Notes under the pieces: model-generated
What the model was told of the DNA's origin: nothing
What the model saw: only the letters and a program-made list of their open reading frames with translations
The model's database searches: none
Program-made: the position numbers and the translations under genes
In this document: positions 39,595-50,596 of the stretch, in pieces
Layout of the letters: each line of letters begins with the position of its first letter
How positions within the stretch are numbered: position 1 is the first letter of the stretch
Source of the DNA: Candidatus Moranbacteria bacterium GW2011_GWE2_35_2-
Lineage (GTDB): Bacteria; Patescibacteriota; Minisyncoccia; Moranbacterales; UBA9337
Length of the DNA: 64,000 nucleotides
Direction: 5' to 3'
NCBI GenBank assembly: GCA_000990585.1
Contig: LBQD01000002.1
Coordinates: 56,016-120,015 of the forward strand

Positions 39595-40539
39595 ATGAAA
39601 ATTGTTAATGATTTGAATATTAGAAAGCAGGCAGATGAACTAGGCGTGAGTATTTGGCAGGCGCCAAGTTTTCTTTTTTTGCTGATGGGAATTATCGTAG
39701 TAGTGGCGATGACGGTTGTCTATTTTGCTTCAATGAATTACGGTTCGCCGGAAATTTTGATTTTCAGTGAATTTGCGGTAGTAATTATTATTTTTACTAT
39801 TGGCACTTTTATTATTCGAAATGTTGAATATATGGCAGCGGCCAACAAAATCAAATCCGAATTTATTTCAATGGCATCGCATCAACTCAAAACTCCGATT
39901 GCCGAATTGAGTTGGGCATCTGAATTGTTGATATCGAAATATAAAAAAGGATTGGGAAAAAAACAACTTGATCTTATCGGAGAAATTTCCAAAGCGAACG
40001 CACACATGTCGCGTTTGGTTGGGGATTTGCTGGACGTTGCCAGACTTGATCGCGGAGCTTTGCTTTTGGCGCAAGACAAAATCAATATCGTAAATATCGT
40101 AAAAGAAGTCCATGAAGCTGATCTTCCTTTAGCAACAGCGATGGGAGTGAAAGTGGATGTGATAATTCCCGGAAGTTTGCCGGAAATTATTGCAGACAAA
40201 AGAAGAATAAAAGTGGCAATTGATAATCTTATTTCTAACGCCATAAAATATACGGCAGATGGAGGATATGTAGAAGTTCGCTTGGAAAAAGACGGCGATA
40301 AAATCAATTTTTGCGTAAAAGATAACGGAATAGGAATTCCAGAAAAACAGCAAGACAAGGTCTTTGAGAAATTTTTTCGTAGCGATAATTCCGCTAAATA
40401 TAAAATCGAAGGAACTGGACTGGGGTTGTATATCGTGAAAAATTATGTTGAACAATCTGGCGGAAAAATTTGGTTCAAATCAATTGAAAATGTCGGATCA
40501 AGTTTCTGTTTTTCACTTCCGATTGTGAATAAAAAATAA
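39595..40539 (+). CDS. Membrane sensor histidine kinase
   Basis: Two TM; H-box ASHQLKTP; NLISNAIKY; DNGIGI; GTGLGL. Confidence 0.92.
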   Translation: MKIVNDLNIRKQADELGVSIWQAPSFLFLLMGIIVVVAMTVVYFASMNYGSPEILIFSEFAVVIIIFTIGTFIIRNVEYMAAANKIKSEFISMASHQLKTPIAELSWASELLISKYKKGLGKKQLDLIGEISKANAHMSRLVGDLLDVARLDRGALLLAQDKINIVNIVKEVHEADLPLATAMGVKVDVIIPGSLPEIIADKRRIKVAIDNLISNAIKYTADGGYVEVRLEKDGDKINFCVKDNGIGIPEKQQDKVFEKFFRSDNSAKYKIEGTGLGLYIVKNYVEQSGGKIWFKSIENVGSSFCFSLPIVNKK

Positions 40540-40556
40540 CAAATTAGTAAAAAAAT

Positions 40557-40934
40557 ATGGAAAAGAAAAAAAAGATTGTAATTATTGAAGACGAAGTAAT
40601 TTTGCGTGAGACTTTGCAGGATTTTCTTGAAAAAGAAGATTTTGACGTTGATTCCGCGGCTGATGGAGAGGCCGGAGTAGAAATGGTTATGCGAAAAAAT
40701 CCGGATTTGGTTTTACTGGATATAATTTTGCCGAAAAAAAACGGCTATGAGGTTATTACTGAACTTCGAGAAAATCAAACTACGAAAGACGTGCCTATAA
40801 TTTTACTTACAAATTTGGGCAGTATCCGCGATATTGAAAAAGCTTTGGCATTAGGTGCAACTACTTATTTAGTGAAAGCGGATTATCAGCTGAAAGAAAT
40901 CGTAGAAAAAATAAAAGGAGTATTGGAAATGTAG
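40557..40934 (+). CDS. Response regulator receiver protein
   Basis: IVIIEDE, DLVLLDIILP, LTN, YLVK. Confidence 0.92.
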   Translation: MEKKKKIVIIEDEVILRETLQDFLEKEDFDVDSAADGEAGVEMVMRKNPDLVLLDIILPKKNGYEVITELRENQTTKDVPIILLTNLGSIRDIEKALALGATTYLVKADYQLKEIVEKIKGVLEM

Positions 40935-40946
40935 GAAAAAACAAAA

Positions 40947-42713
40947 ATGAAAATTGAAAACAAACAACTCAGGGATTTTTTGTTGGATACGGATATTGTC
41001 AAAAAAGATTCCTTGGAAAAATTTTTCAAAGATGCGGAAAAAAACGGCAAAGCGTTGGGTGATTTGCTTTTGGATAACAAATTGATAGATGAAAATGAGT
41101 TGAGAAAATTGTATTCTTATATTCTTGGAATACCTTTTGTTGATTTATCCAAGGATATTATTTCTTCCGATGTTTTGCAAATTATACCGGAACCTATTGC
41201 TAAAAAATACAATATTGTCGCGTTTGAAAAAAAAGGGAATGAATTGAAAGTGGCAATGTTGAATCCTGAAGATATTCAGACGATTGATTTTATCAGAAAA
41301 AAAACCGGACTCAAAATTATTCCTTGTTTGGCAACACAAGAGAGTATAAAATCTGTAATTCGCCAGTATGAAAAAAGTTTGAAAGCGGAATTTGGAGATA
41401 TTATAGATAAAAACGCTGAACGAATGACGGTTGAAAATCAGGAGGATGGAGAAGGTATTGGAGAGGATTTGGAGAAAATGGCTCAAGGTCTTCCGGTAAT
41501 TCGTGTTGTGGATACCTTACTTAAACACGCAATATTGCAATCGGCTAGTGATATTCATATTGAGCCGGATGAAAAAGAGGTCATCGTTCGCTATCGCATA
41601 GACGGAATTTTACACGACGCGATGGTTTTACCAAAACAAGTTTTACCAGGAATTGTGGCGAGAATAAAGGTTTTATCCAATTTGAAATTGGACGAGCATC
41701 GTTTGCCACAAGACGGAAGATTCAAAATAATCAAAGACGAATATAAAATTTCTTTTCGCGTAAGTATTTTACCTGTTTTTGACGGCGAGAAAATTGTTAT
41801 GCGTCTTTTGGATGAATCTTCCAAGGGGTTAACTTTGGAAAAGATGGGACTTCAAGGACGACCTCTGGAAATTATTCATCGAGAAATTAAGAAACCCAAT
41901 GGAATGATATTGGTTACCGGACCGACCGGATCGGGAAAAACCACTACACTTTATACAATAATGGATATTATCAATACTCCGGGAGTTAATATTAGTACAG
42001 TTGAAGATCCGGTTGAATATCGGATGCCGAGAGTAAATCAAACACAGGTTAATCCGAAAATCGGACTTACATTTGCCGCGTGTTTGCGAGCACTTCTTCG
42101 TCAAGACCCGGACATTATTATGGTGGGTGAAATTCGTGATAATGAAACTATGGAAATTGCTTTGCATGCGGCAATGACGGGGCATTTGGTACTATCAACA
42201 CTGCATACTAATAGTGCTGCCGGAGCCCTTCCTCGTCTTTTGGATATGGGAGCGGAACATTTTCTTGTTGCTTCGACAGTTAATGTGATTATTGCACAAC
42301 GCTTGGTTCGTAAATTGTGTCCGGAATGTAAGCAAGAATATAAAATGGATAAAAAAGAAGTAAAAACATTGGAAGATAATTTTGATATAAAAACAGTTTT
42401 GGAATATTTGAAAGTTTGCGAGCAAACAAAAGGGTTTGTAAAAAAAGATGATAATTGGGAAGATATTCGTTTTTATAAGGCAAAAGGATGTGATCAATGC
42501 GGTAATGAAGGATTTCATGGAAGAGTGGGAATTTATGAAGTTTTAGATATTGATCCGGATATTGAAAAATTGATTACTCAATCCGCATCAACCGAAACTA
42601 TTGAAAAGAAAGCGATGGAAAATGGAATGTCGACAATGATTGAAGACGGATTAAGCAAGGCGGTTCAAGGACTTACTACGATAGAAGAAATTATGAGAGT
42701 AACAAAAGAATAA
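40947..42713 (+). CDS. pilB: Type IV pilus assembly ATPase PilB/GspE
   Basis: ASDIHIEP, GPTGSGKTTTLY, EDPVEY, LRQDPD, TGHLVLSTLHTN, CxxC. Confidence 0.93.
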   Translation: MKIENKQLRDFLLDTDIVKKDSLEKFFKDAEKNGKALGDLLLDNKLIDENELRKLYSYILGIPFVDLSKDIISSDVLQIIPEPIAKKYNIVAFEKKGNELKVAMLNPEDIQTIDFIRKKTGLKIIPCLATQESIKSVIRQYEKSLKAEFGDIIDKNAERMTVENQEDGEGIGEDLEKMAQGLPVIRVVDTLLKHAILQSASDIHIEPDEKEVIVRYRIDGILHDAMVLPKQVLPGIVARIKVLSNLKLDEHRLPQDGRFKIIKDEYKISFRVSILPVFDGEKIVMRLLDESSKGLTLEKMGLQGRPLEIIHREIKKPNGMILVTGPTGSGKTTTLYTIMDIINTPGVNISTVEDPVEYRMPRVNQTQVNPKIGLTFAACLRALLRQDPDIIMVGEIRDNETMEIALHAAMTGHLVLSTLHTNSAAGALPRLLDMGAEHFLVASTVNVIIAQRLVRKLCPECKQEYKMDKKEVKTLEDNFDIKTVLEYLKVCEQTKGFVKKDDNWEDIRFYKAKGCDQCGNEGFHGRVGIYEVLDIDPDIEKLITQSASTETIEKKAMENGMSTMIEDGLSKAVQGLTTIEEIMRVTKE

Positions 42714-42778
42714 TTTGTTAGTTTTTGAAATCGTTTTATATTTTTTAGAAAAGACGAAGCTAATAAGCTAAAAGTAAT

Positions 42779-44005
42779 GTGATTATGTCGAAATTTGCGT
42801 ACACAGCCAGAAGTGCCAATGGTCAATCTAAAGGAGGCGAAATCACTGCCAAGGACGAAAGAACAGTTGCCGCGCAATTGCGAAGCGAAGGTTTTTTAAT
42901 TACCTCGATTAAAATTTTGGATGAAGAAAAAACAGGAGTCAAAGTGCGTTTTTGGGATCGTTTAACAACTATTCCATTAAAAGAAAAAATGATTTTTGCC
43001 AGAAATCTTAGTGTTATGATAGCATCCGGGCTCACAGTTTCCCGCGCTGTGAATAATTTGGCAACTCAAGTTAAAAGCAAGAAGTTCAAATTAATTTTGG
43101 AAGATATATATAATGAAATTCAAGGCGGAGTAAATCTTAGTGATTCTTTGGCGAAATATCCGCGCGTATTTGATGATCTTTTTGTAAATATGGTTCGCGT
43201 GGGAGAGGTTGGTGGAAATTTGGAGGAAGTTTTAAATATTATTGCTACGCAATTGGAGAAAGAACATGAATTAAAAAGCAAAGTTATCGGGGCGTTGATT
43301 TATCCAGGAGTTATTTTGACGTTAATGTTGGGAATTGGTATTTTAATGCTAACATTTGTTTTACCGAAAATATTAGGAGTATTTGCGGATATGGACGTTG
43401 TTTTGCCCCCAATGACCCGTTTCGTTATTGGACTTAGCAACTTTTTTAGAGATCACTACGTTATTGTTTTTGGAATTGTTTTTTTTATTGTTGTCGGTAT
43501 GAAAATTTTTCTACAAACAGGATTTGGAAAAAAAACACTTGGATTTATTTTGATAAAATTTCCGGTAATAAAAAATATTGTAATAAAGGTTAATTGCGCA
43601 AGATTTTCCAGAATATACAGTTCATTGCTCAAAAGCGGAGTTTCTTCGATAGATGCTTTGAATATTGTAGCAAATACGCTTGGAAATTTTTATTATAAAA
43701 AAGCGATTCGAGACGGGATTGAGGAAATTCAAAAAGGTGTGGCTCTTAGTGTTATTATTTCAAATAATGGAATTATATTCCCGGTTATGGTTTCTCAGAT
43801 GATGGAGGTGGGAGAAGAAACAGGAAAAACTGATGATATGCTTCTTAAAATAGCAGAATTCTATGAAGAAGAAGTTAACCAGATAACAAAAAATCTTTCT
43901 TCGATTATTGAGCCGATTTTGATGATCTTTATCGGGGGAGCGGTGGGAGCTTTTGCCATTTCAATGCTTCAGCCAATGTACAGTTTGATGGAAAATATCA
44001 AATAA
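42779..44005 (+). CDS. pilC: Type IV pilus inner membrane platform PilC/GspF
   Basis: Two T2SSF repeats (GEVGGNL, GEETGK), ALIYP, IEP. Confidence 0.92.
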   Translation: MIMSKFAYTARSANGQSKGGEITAKDERTVAAQLRSEGFLITSIKILDEEKTGVKVRFWDRLTTIPLKEKMIFARNLSVMIASGLTVSRAVNNLATQVKSKKFKLILEDIYNEIQGGVNLSDSLAKYPRVFDDLFVNMVRVGEVGGNLEEVLNIIATQLEKEHELKSKVIGALIYPGVILTLMLGIGILMLTFVLPKILGVFADMDVVLPPMTRFVIGLSNFFRDHYVIVFGIVFFIVVGMKIFLQTGFGKKTLGFILIKFPVIKNIVIKVNCARFSRIYSSLLKSGVSSIDALNIVANTLGNFYYKKAIRDGIEEIQKGVALSVIISNNGIIFPVMVSQMMEVGEETGKTDDMLLKIAEFYEEEVNQITKNLSSIIEPILMIFIGGAVGAFAISMLQPMYSLMENIK

Positions 44006-44034
44006 TTTTTACGAATTATGAATTAATTGGGAAT

Positions 44035-45429
44035 ATGCGAATTATAAATAAAATGCAAAAAATAAAACATAAAACTAAAATATCCTTTAATAAAGGGTTT
44101 ACTATTATTGAAGCTTTGGTAGTTCTTTCTATTTTTTCCATTATTCTTGTGACTTTTTATTCCACTTTTACTCTCGGAACGCGGTATATAATTGATGCAA
44201 AAAATCGCTTAGGGGCAATTTCATTGGCGAATCAAAAAATGGAAATTGTCCGAAATCTTCAATATGACGATATCGGAACGCTTACCGGAGTACCACAAGG
44301 AGTTCTTGACGATGATTATTATGAAAATGTTAACGCAGTAAGCTATCACGTCAAAACAGATATAAGTTTTATTGATGATGTTTTTGATGGTACTGAAGGT
44401 GCAGATGTTGTCGCAACGGACTATAAAACAGTTAGGATAAGTATTTTATGGGGAGATGAGGCGGCGTCTAGGCAAGTTTTTTTACTTTCGGATTTTGTTC
44501 CTCCGGGAATAGAAACTAATATTGGCGGAGGAACATTGCGTGTTAATGTTATTGACACTCCTGCTAATGGACTTTCGGATGTAGCGGTCAATATATCCAG
44601 CGCTTCCAATGGTATAAATATATCCACATCTACTGATTCAAGTGGAACAGTTTTACGTCCCGGAATGCCAGCCGGGGATGATTATGTGATAAGTGTTTCG
44701 AAAGAAAATTATGAAAGCATAACGACTTTGCCATTGAGTCCGGATTCTGATTATGATCCGGTGGCCGATCAGAATGCTTCAATAATTGAAGGAAGTCTAA
44801 ATATAAAATCAATTATCATTGATCTTTTAGCTGATATTAATATTACAGCAGAAGATTTTTTTGGAAATCCTATTCCAAATATTTCTTTTAATCTTAATGG
44901 AGGAAGGTTGGTTGGTAATAATATTTCCGAAGGAATGCCGGGATCTTTGGAATATAATTACAATGAAGATTTATCCACTGATTCAAGTGGGGAAATAAAT
45001 ATTGATAATGTAAGTCCCGGTTTTTACGTTTTTACTCTTCCTGATGAGATAGAGGGTTATGAATTTTATGAAATGATCCCGAATGATGATATAGACAGCG
45101 ATACTTTTGTAGTAGATCCGGGATCTGATATTGACGTGAAAGCGATTTTATTGGATGAGAGTTTTGATTCTTTGTTTGTTTCGGTTTCGGATATTAGTAG
45201 CGGAACGGCAATTGAAGGTGCCAAAGTGCATCTTACTAACAATTTATTGGGATATGACATTTCTCTTATTGCCGATAAATTTGGTAAAGTTTATTTTCCT
45301 CAAGATGAAACTCCACTTGTAAAAGATAGTTATGAATTGTCAGTTAGTGCCGATGGATTTAATGATAATAATTCAACAATAAGCATAGACGGACTAAATA
45401 TGTCATATATTCAGCTCACACCTCAGTAG
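44035..45429 (+). CDS. Prepilin-type protein with carboxypeptidase-regulatory-like beta domains
   Basis: Class III signal KG|FTIIEALVV; acidic beta-rich C-terminus. Confidence 0.8.
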   Translation: MRIINKMQKIKHKTKISFNKGFTIIEALVVLSIFSIILVTFYSTFTLGTRYIIDAKNRLGAISLANQKMEIVRNLQYDDIGTLTGVPQGVLDDDYYENVNAVSYHVKTDISFIDDVFDGTEGADVVATDYKTVRISILWGDEAASRQVFLLSDFVPPGIETNIGGGTLRVNVIDTPANGLSDVAVNISSASNGINISTSTDSSGTVLRPGMPAGDDYVISVSKENYESITTLPLSPDSDYDPVADQNASIIEGSLNIKSIIIDLLADINITAEDFFGNPIPNISFNLNGGRLVGNNISEGMPGSLEYNYNEDLSTDSSGEINIDNVSPGFYVFTLPDEIEGYEFYEMIPNDDIDSDTFVVDPGSDIDVKAILLDESFDSLFVSVSDISSGTAIEGAKVHLTNNLLGYDISLIADKFGKVYFPQDETPLVKDSYELSVSADGFNDNNSTISIDGLNMSYIQLTPQ

Positions 45430-45433
45430 GTTA

Positions 45434-46081
45434 TTGAATAAAATAAATAAAATGATTTCTAAAAAAAACAAGATAGGAATGTCTTTAGTTGAAATGATTA
45501 TGGCTATTGCGATTTTTTCTATCGGAATTGAAGGCTTTTCGTTACTTTTTGTGAAGAGTTGGAAAATAAATTCATTTGTTATTGAGGAAGGGGAGGCATC
45601 AATGATGGCATCGCGTGGTGTTCAAAAAATTGTAGATGTGGCTCGAAGAGCTCGGCAAGCTGATAATGGATCATATCCGATCGTTTCCGCTAACGATAAT
45701 GATTTTATTTTTTATTGCGATATTGATAAAGATGGAGTAACTGAAAGAGTTCATTATTATAGGAATGAGAATAGTTTGTTGGTTGGAGTTACTAAGCCTG
45801 GTGGAATTCCTCCTGTTTATTCGGCAGGAGATCAATCAGTTCAAGTTATTGCTAACTATATTGCCAATGATGTCGGTCATCCAATTTTTTCATATTATGA
45901 TGAAAATTATCCCAGTGATGAAGTCAATAATCCAATGTCGGTTCCGGCATCCGTGAGTGATATACGGATGGTAAAAATACATTTGATGATAAATATCGAT
46001 CCGAATAACGCTCCTGATTATATAAATATTCAATCATTTGCGACACTTAGAAATCTTAATGAATATGATCGTGCTGATTAA
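45434..46081 (+). CDS. Minor pilin (prepilin N-methylation domain)
   Basis: IG|MSLVEMIMAIAIF. Confidence 0.8.
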   Translation: MNKINKMISKKNKIGMSLVEMIMAIAIFSIGIEGFSLLFVKSWKINSFVIEEGEASMMASRGVQKIVDVARRARQADNGSYPIVSANDNDFIFYCDIDKDGVTERVHYYRNENSLLVGVTKPGGIPPVYSAGDQSVQVIANYIANDVGHPIFSYYDENYPSDEVNNPMSVPASVSDIRMVKIHLMINIDPNNAPDYINIQSFATLRNLNEYDRAD

Positions 46082-46099
46082 TAAAAAATATATTTATTT

Positions 46100-47608
46100 A
46101 TGAAAAATCAAATCAATTATTATAAAGGAAGCGCTTTGGCATATATTTTAATTATAATGTCGGCAGTTATGATTATTTTGGTTTCAATGATTCAATTTGT
46201 TGTATCTCAATTGAAATACAGTCAATATGAAGCAGCCAGAGAAGAAACTTTGCAAATTGCTGAAGCTGGAATTTATTTTTATCGCTGGTATTTGGCGCAT
46301 GAGGTTGAAGGAAAAACAGCCTCTCAGGTGAAAGATTTTTGGGAGAATCAAAGCCCTCTTGGCGTTAGTGATCCGTACGTGAGAGATTACAAAGATCTTC
46401 AAGGTGGTGTTATAGGTCAATATAGTATCGAAGTAATTCCTCCCGATCCTAATTCTACAATCGTGGTTGTTCAATCTACTGGTTGGACGGTAAAAAAACC
46501 AACACTGCAAAGAACAGTGCGTGTGCGATTCAGGCGTCCTTCGTGGAGTGAATATATGGTTTTAAGCAATGCCAGTATTCGTTTTGGTGATGGTACGGAA
46601 GTTTTTGGATTGTTGCATTCTAATGGAGGAGTAAGATTTGACGGAATAGCTCATAATATTGTTTCTAGTTCGCAAGAAACTTATGTAGATCCGGATACCG
46701 GAATAACTCGTCCGGGAGTTTGGACATCATGGGATGATGAATATAATGATAATATGGATGGTGAGGTGTTTGGCGCAGGGAAGGAATTTCCGGTTTCGGA
46801 AGAAGATTTTAACGGAGTGTCAGCTGATTTAGCTCTGATGAAATCGGATGCAAATGTTGGAGTTAATGGCAGTATATATTTTGGGCATGGGGGAAAGGGT
46901 CAACACATAATTTTAAATGATGATGGAACTTTTGAGGCAAGAACAGTAAATCAATATGATTCATTTACAAAATCGATAATTAATTACGCGAATGCATGGT
47001 CAACGCATAATATACCAGATGGGGGGGTTATTTTTGTGGAAAATAATGTTTGGTTGGATGGAAAGATAAATAATGTTCGAGTGACTGTAGCGGCGGCGGA
47101 TATTGTTGGAGGTGATGGAGCGAGTGTTTATATAGGTAATGATATTAGCTATACGAATTATGACGGAAGTGATGTATTGGGAATAATAGGTCAAAATGAT
47201 ATTGAGATAATTAAAGATAGTGAAGATAATCTCAAAATAGATGCAGCTATGATTGCTCAGGCGGGAAGAGTAGGTAGAAGTTTTTATTCTACATATTATA
47301 AAGCGGGAAATGGAGGAGAAAAGGGATGGAAGATTAAAAGTGGAAATTCTTTTGAATGGGGAAATGGAAGCGGGTGGTATTTTTGTCCGTGTGACGATCT
47401 TTCTTGCTGGGACCATAAAGACACGATAACTGTTTATGGAGCAATAGCAACTAACAATCGATATGGATTTGCAATTTTAGATTCATGTCCACGTTCGTCG
47501 GGATACGTAAATCGAAATTTGATCTATGACAATAATTTACTGTATTATCCGCCACCATATTTTCCAGCCAGTCCAGAGTATTCCCTAGATATGTGGGATG
47601 AGTTATAA
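46100..47608 (+). CDS. PilX-like minor pilin/adhesin
   Basis: KG|SALAYILII lacking E5; QIAEAGI; C-terminal YDNNLLYYPPPYFP. Confidence 0.75.
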   Translation: MKNQINYYKGSALAYILIIMSAVMIILVSMIQFVVSQLKYSQYEAAREETLQIAEAGIYFYRWYLAHEVEGKTASQVKDFWENQSPLGVSDPYVRDYKDLQGGVIGQYSIEVIPPDPNSTIVVVQSTGWTVKKPTLQRTVRVRFRRPSWSEYMVLSNASIRFGDGTEVFGLLHSNGGVRFDGIAHNIVSSSQETYVDPDTGITRPGVWTSWDDEYNDNMDGEVFGAGKEFPVSEEDFNGVSADLALMKSDANVGVNGSIYFGHGGKGQHIILNDDGTFEARTVNQYDSFTKSIINYANAWSTHNIPDGGVIFVENNVWLDGKINNVRVTVAAADIVGGDGASVYIGNDISYTNYDGSDVLGIIGQNDIEIIKDSEDNLKIDAAMIAQAGRVGRSFYSTYYKAGNGGEKGWKIKSGNSFEWGNGSGWYFCPCDDLSCWDHKDTITVYGAIATNNRYGFAILDSCPRSSGYVNRNLIYDNNLLYYPPPYFPASPEYSLDMWDEL

Positions 47609-47651
47609 TATAAGTGAAAACCACTAACAAAAAACAAACAATAAATAAAAA

Positions 47652-48740
47652 ATGTCTTTTTTTAATAAAAAAATTATTGATTTTTCCGATAATGCTTTTG
47701 GTTTGGATTTGAGTGATTTATCGGTGAAGGTTGTACAGATGGAGGAGTCGGGAAAAATTTTAAAAGTTAGAAGTTTTGGGAGTGAAAAAATAGCGCCGGC
47801 AAGCATATCTGACGGAGAAATTTTGAATAAAAAAAATGTTATCGATGCTATTGAAAAGGCGATAAAAAATGCCGGACCGAAAAAAATAAAAACAAAAAAA
47901 GTAATTTGTTCCTTGCCTGAAACGAAGGCTTTTTTGCGTATAATCAATATTCCAAAAATAAATTCGGATGAGGTAAGAGAAGCGATAAAATGGGAGATCG
48001 AGGCAAATATTCCGGTAGCTCTCGATCAGGTTTATTATGACTGGCAAGTGCTTGATGAAAAATTGGGCACAAATATGGAAAATAAGATGAGTATTTTGGT
48101 CGTGGCTGTTTCAAGGAAAACGATAGATCAATTTATTGAAACATTGGAAGCAGCCGGATTGGAGGTTATTGGGCTAGAAATTGAATCTGTCGCTCAATCG
48201 CGCAGTCTTTTGAGCGGATCGAAGCAAGACGGAACTGTTTTAGCTGTTGATCTGGGGGATCGAAGGAGTAGCATTTCAATATCTTATAATGGAATTCCTT
48301 GCTTTACTTCGAGTAATCCGGTTTCCGGGCAATCAATTAGTGGGGTTATTGCAAAGAATTTGAATATTTCATTTGAGGAAGCGGAAAAGATTAAATTTGC
48401 CAAAGGAATAGGTTCTTTTGTTAAAGGGGACGGAATATTTTTGGCAGTGAGTCCGGTAATTGAAAATCTTATTTCCGAAATTGAGAAATCTTCTGATTTT
48501 TATTTGTCAGGCTTGCAATATTCAAAGAATGTTGATCGAGTGATTATTTGCGGGGGAGGAGCTAATACTAAAGGATTGATTCCATATTTGTCAAAAAGAT
48601 TGAGCAAAGAAGTTGAAATAGGCAGCCCATGGATTGCGGAGGATATAAAAAATAAAATTCCCATAATGAACAAAGATGAATCTGTACAATATGCGACTGC
48701 GATAGGACTAGCTCTTATGAATTATATTTCAAAGCGGTAG
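47652..48740 (+). CDS. pilM: Type IV pilus assembly protein PilM
   Basis: FGLDLSDLSVKVV, VDLG, ICGGGA, YATAIGLA (actin-like fold). Confidence 0.9.
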   Translation: MSFFNKKIIDFSDNAFGLDLSDLSVKVVQMEESGKILKVRSFGSEKIAPASISDGEILNKKNVIDAIEKAIKNAGPKKIKTKKVICSLPETKAFLRIINIPKINSDEVREAIKWEIEANIPVALDQVYYDWQVLDEKLGTNMENKMSILVVAVSRKTIDQFIETLEAAGLEVIGLEIESVAQSRSLLSGSKQDGTVLAVDLGDRRSSISISYNGIPCFTSSNPVSGQSISGVIAKNLNISFEEAEKIKFAKGIGSFVKGDGIFLAVSPVIENLISEIEKSSDFYLSGLQYSKNVDRVIICGGGANTKGLIPYLSKRLSKEVEIGSPWIAEDIKNKIPIMNKDESVQYATAIGLALMNYISKR

Positions 48741-48800
48741 TTTTTTTATATAATTTTAAAAGGAGGTTATCAATAATCTTTCTAAATAAAATATCAACAG

Positions 48801-49361
48801 ATGAATATATATTTAAATCTTTTGCCGGAAGAAAGAAAAGAAAAGCTAAAAAGAAAAAAACTTTTCTGGCTTATTATCAGGCACGAATTATTGCTTTGTT
48901 TCGCTGGATTAGTCTTTTTGGCAATACTTTTTAGCGCTAATTTTATTCTTAATTTGCAAAAAAAATCTTTAGACAATATTTATGCAATGGAAATATCTCG
49001 TAAAGAATATCGCGAAATAGAAAAGTATGAAAAAGCATTCGAAGAAGAAAATATTAAAATAGATAATTTTTTTATGTTACAAAAAAAACATCTCGATTGG
49101 CTGAATGTCTTGAATGAATTGGCCAAGGTTTTTTCGGATGATATAAAATTAAGCGAATTTGTTTCCGAGGATATAAAAATAAGTATTGCCGGAAAAGCCA
49201 GCACTCGTGAATCTCTATTAGATTTGAAAAATAAAATAGAAAATTCCGAATGTTTTTTTGAAACGGAAATTCCACTTTCAGATATTGTCGCTAAAAATAA
49301 TATTGATTTTGAAGCAGAGTTCAAAATAGAAGAAAAATGTATAAAAACAAAAAATAAATGA
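48801..49361 (+). CDS. pilN: PilN-like protein
   Basis: LNLLP motif + TM; follows pilM. Confidence 0.8.
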   Translation: MNIYLNLLPEERKEKLKRKKLFWLIIRHELLLCFAGLVFLAILFSANFILNLQKKSLDNIYAMEISRKEYREIEKYEKAFEEENIKIDNFFMLQKKHLDWLNVLNELAKVFSDDIKLSEFVSEDIKISIAGKASTRESLLDLKNKIENSECFFETEIPLSDIVAKNNIDFEAEFKIEEKCIKTKNK

Positions 49362-50029
49362 TAAATTTTTGGAAAAAACAAAAGCAAAATATACTTATTC
49401 TAGGACTTCCGCTTATCGGTTTGGGTATTGTATTTTTTTTAATAATTCCACAAAAAAGAAGTATAGAGTATAGGGTTAATGAAATTCAAAAAATGATTGT
49501 ACGACATGAGGATAAAATTAAGAAAATTTCAGAAATTGATAGAATGAGACAACAATATGAACTTATTGAAAAAAGCGAAAAAGATATCGGTATTATTTTT
49601 TCTTCTGATAAGGTTGTTGAGGTTATAGAAAAAATTGAAAAAATGGCCGAAGAAACGGGAAATAAAATTTCTATCGAAATTAATGAAATTGAAAAAGATG
49701 AAAAAAAATCAACTGATAATAAAAAACAAAATAATATTTTGCAGCCAGCGGTGGAAAATTATATTACTATGAAGATAAAAATAGAAGGAAGTTTTCGAAA
49801 TTTAGTCGAATTTGTCAATAAAGTAGAAAAATTTGATTATTATGCAGATATTTTTTCATTACAAACAACAATTGAGAAGCCGACATCTGTGAATTATAGC
49901 GGTTCTTATATTAATCCGTTTGTCGGGGGTGTGGCAGTGCCTAAAGAAAAAGAAGTTGAAAAATTAATAAATGAACAAGGAGAAAGGATTATATATTCGA
50001 CGCTCAATATTTTATTTTATATGAATTGA
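49358..50029 (+). CDS. pilO: PilO-like protein
   Basis: N-terminal TM, coiled coil, IEGSFRNLVEFVNKVE. Confidence 0.7.
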   Translation: MINFWKKQKQNILILGLPLIGLGIVFFLIIPQKRSIEYRVNEIQKMIVRHEDKIKKISEIDRMRQQYELIEKSEKDIGIIFSSDKVVEVIEKIEKMAEETGNKISIEINEIEKDEKKSTDNKKQNNILQPAVENYITMKIKIEGSFRNLVEFVNKVEKFDYYADIFSLQTTIEKPTSVNYSGSYINPFVGGVAVPKEKEVEKLINEQGERIIYSTLNILFYMN

Positions 50030-50035
50030 AAATGT

Positions 50036-50368
50036 ATGAATATAGAAAGTATAAAAAAAATTAATTTTAAAAATAAAGCGAAAAATCTTTTTTCTATATG
50101 GGAAAAGTATAACAATATGATTTTTATTGTATTTTTTTGCGTACTTTCTACATACGGAGCATTTTTAATATATCAAAGCTTGTATGATTCTACATGGAAT
50201 GAAAATCAAAAAAAAGAGTATATTTTGTCGCAACAAAAAAATATTAATTTTAATGAAGGTAAGTTGATGGAAATTATAGATGAAACGAATAGAAAAAGAA
50301 ATGAATATGAAAAAAATGTATTCTTGGGAAAAGATATTTTTATTCAACCTTTATTGGAAGTGGAATAA
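50036..50368 (+). CDS. Hypothetical single-TM protein at end of the pilus operon
   Basis: One TM; operon position. Confidence 0.65.
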   Translation: MNIESIKKINFKNKAKNLFSIWEKYNNMIFIVFFCVLSTYGAFLIYQSLYDSTWNENQKKEYILSQQKNINFNEGKLMEIIDETNRKRNEYEKNVFLGKDIFIQPLLEVE

Positions 50369-50414
50369 TGTGAAAAATAAAAAACGGCAAATGCCGTTTT
50401 TTATTCATACTTTG

Positions 50415-50486
50415 TGCCCTTGTCAGGACTCGAACCTGAAATGCTTGGTCCGAAGCCAAGCGTGATATCCATTTCACCACAAGGGC
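50415..50486 (-). tRNA. tRNA-Arg(TCG)
   Basis: CTTGG-CTTCGGA-CCAAG; GGTTCGAGTCC. Confidence 0.93.
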
Positions 50487-50501
50487 TGGAATATTTTTTT
50501 G

Positions 50502-50573
50502 GGCGAGTAGAGGGAATCGGACCCTCGTACCTGGTACCACAAACCAGTGTTCTACCATTGAACTATACCCGCC
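50502..50573 (-). tRNA. tRNA-His(GTG)
   Basis: G-1/C73; CTGGT-TTGTGGT-ACCAG; T-loop TCCGATT (non-canonical). Confidence 0.9.
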
Positions 50574-50596
50574 ATCTGATATTTTAAATTTCAAAT

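Noticed and set aside
39595-50368. Type IV pilus operon as a novelty
   Set aside because: Standard CPR pilB-pilC-minor pilin-pilMNO arrangement
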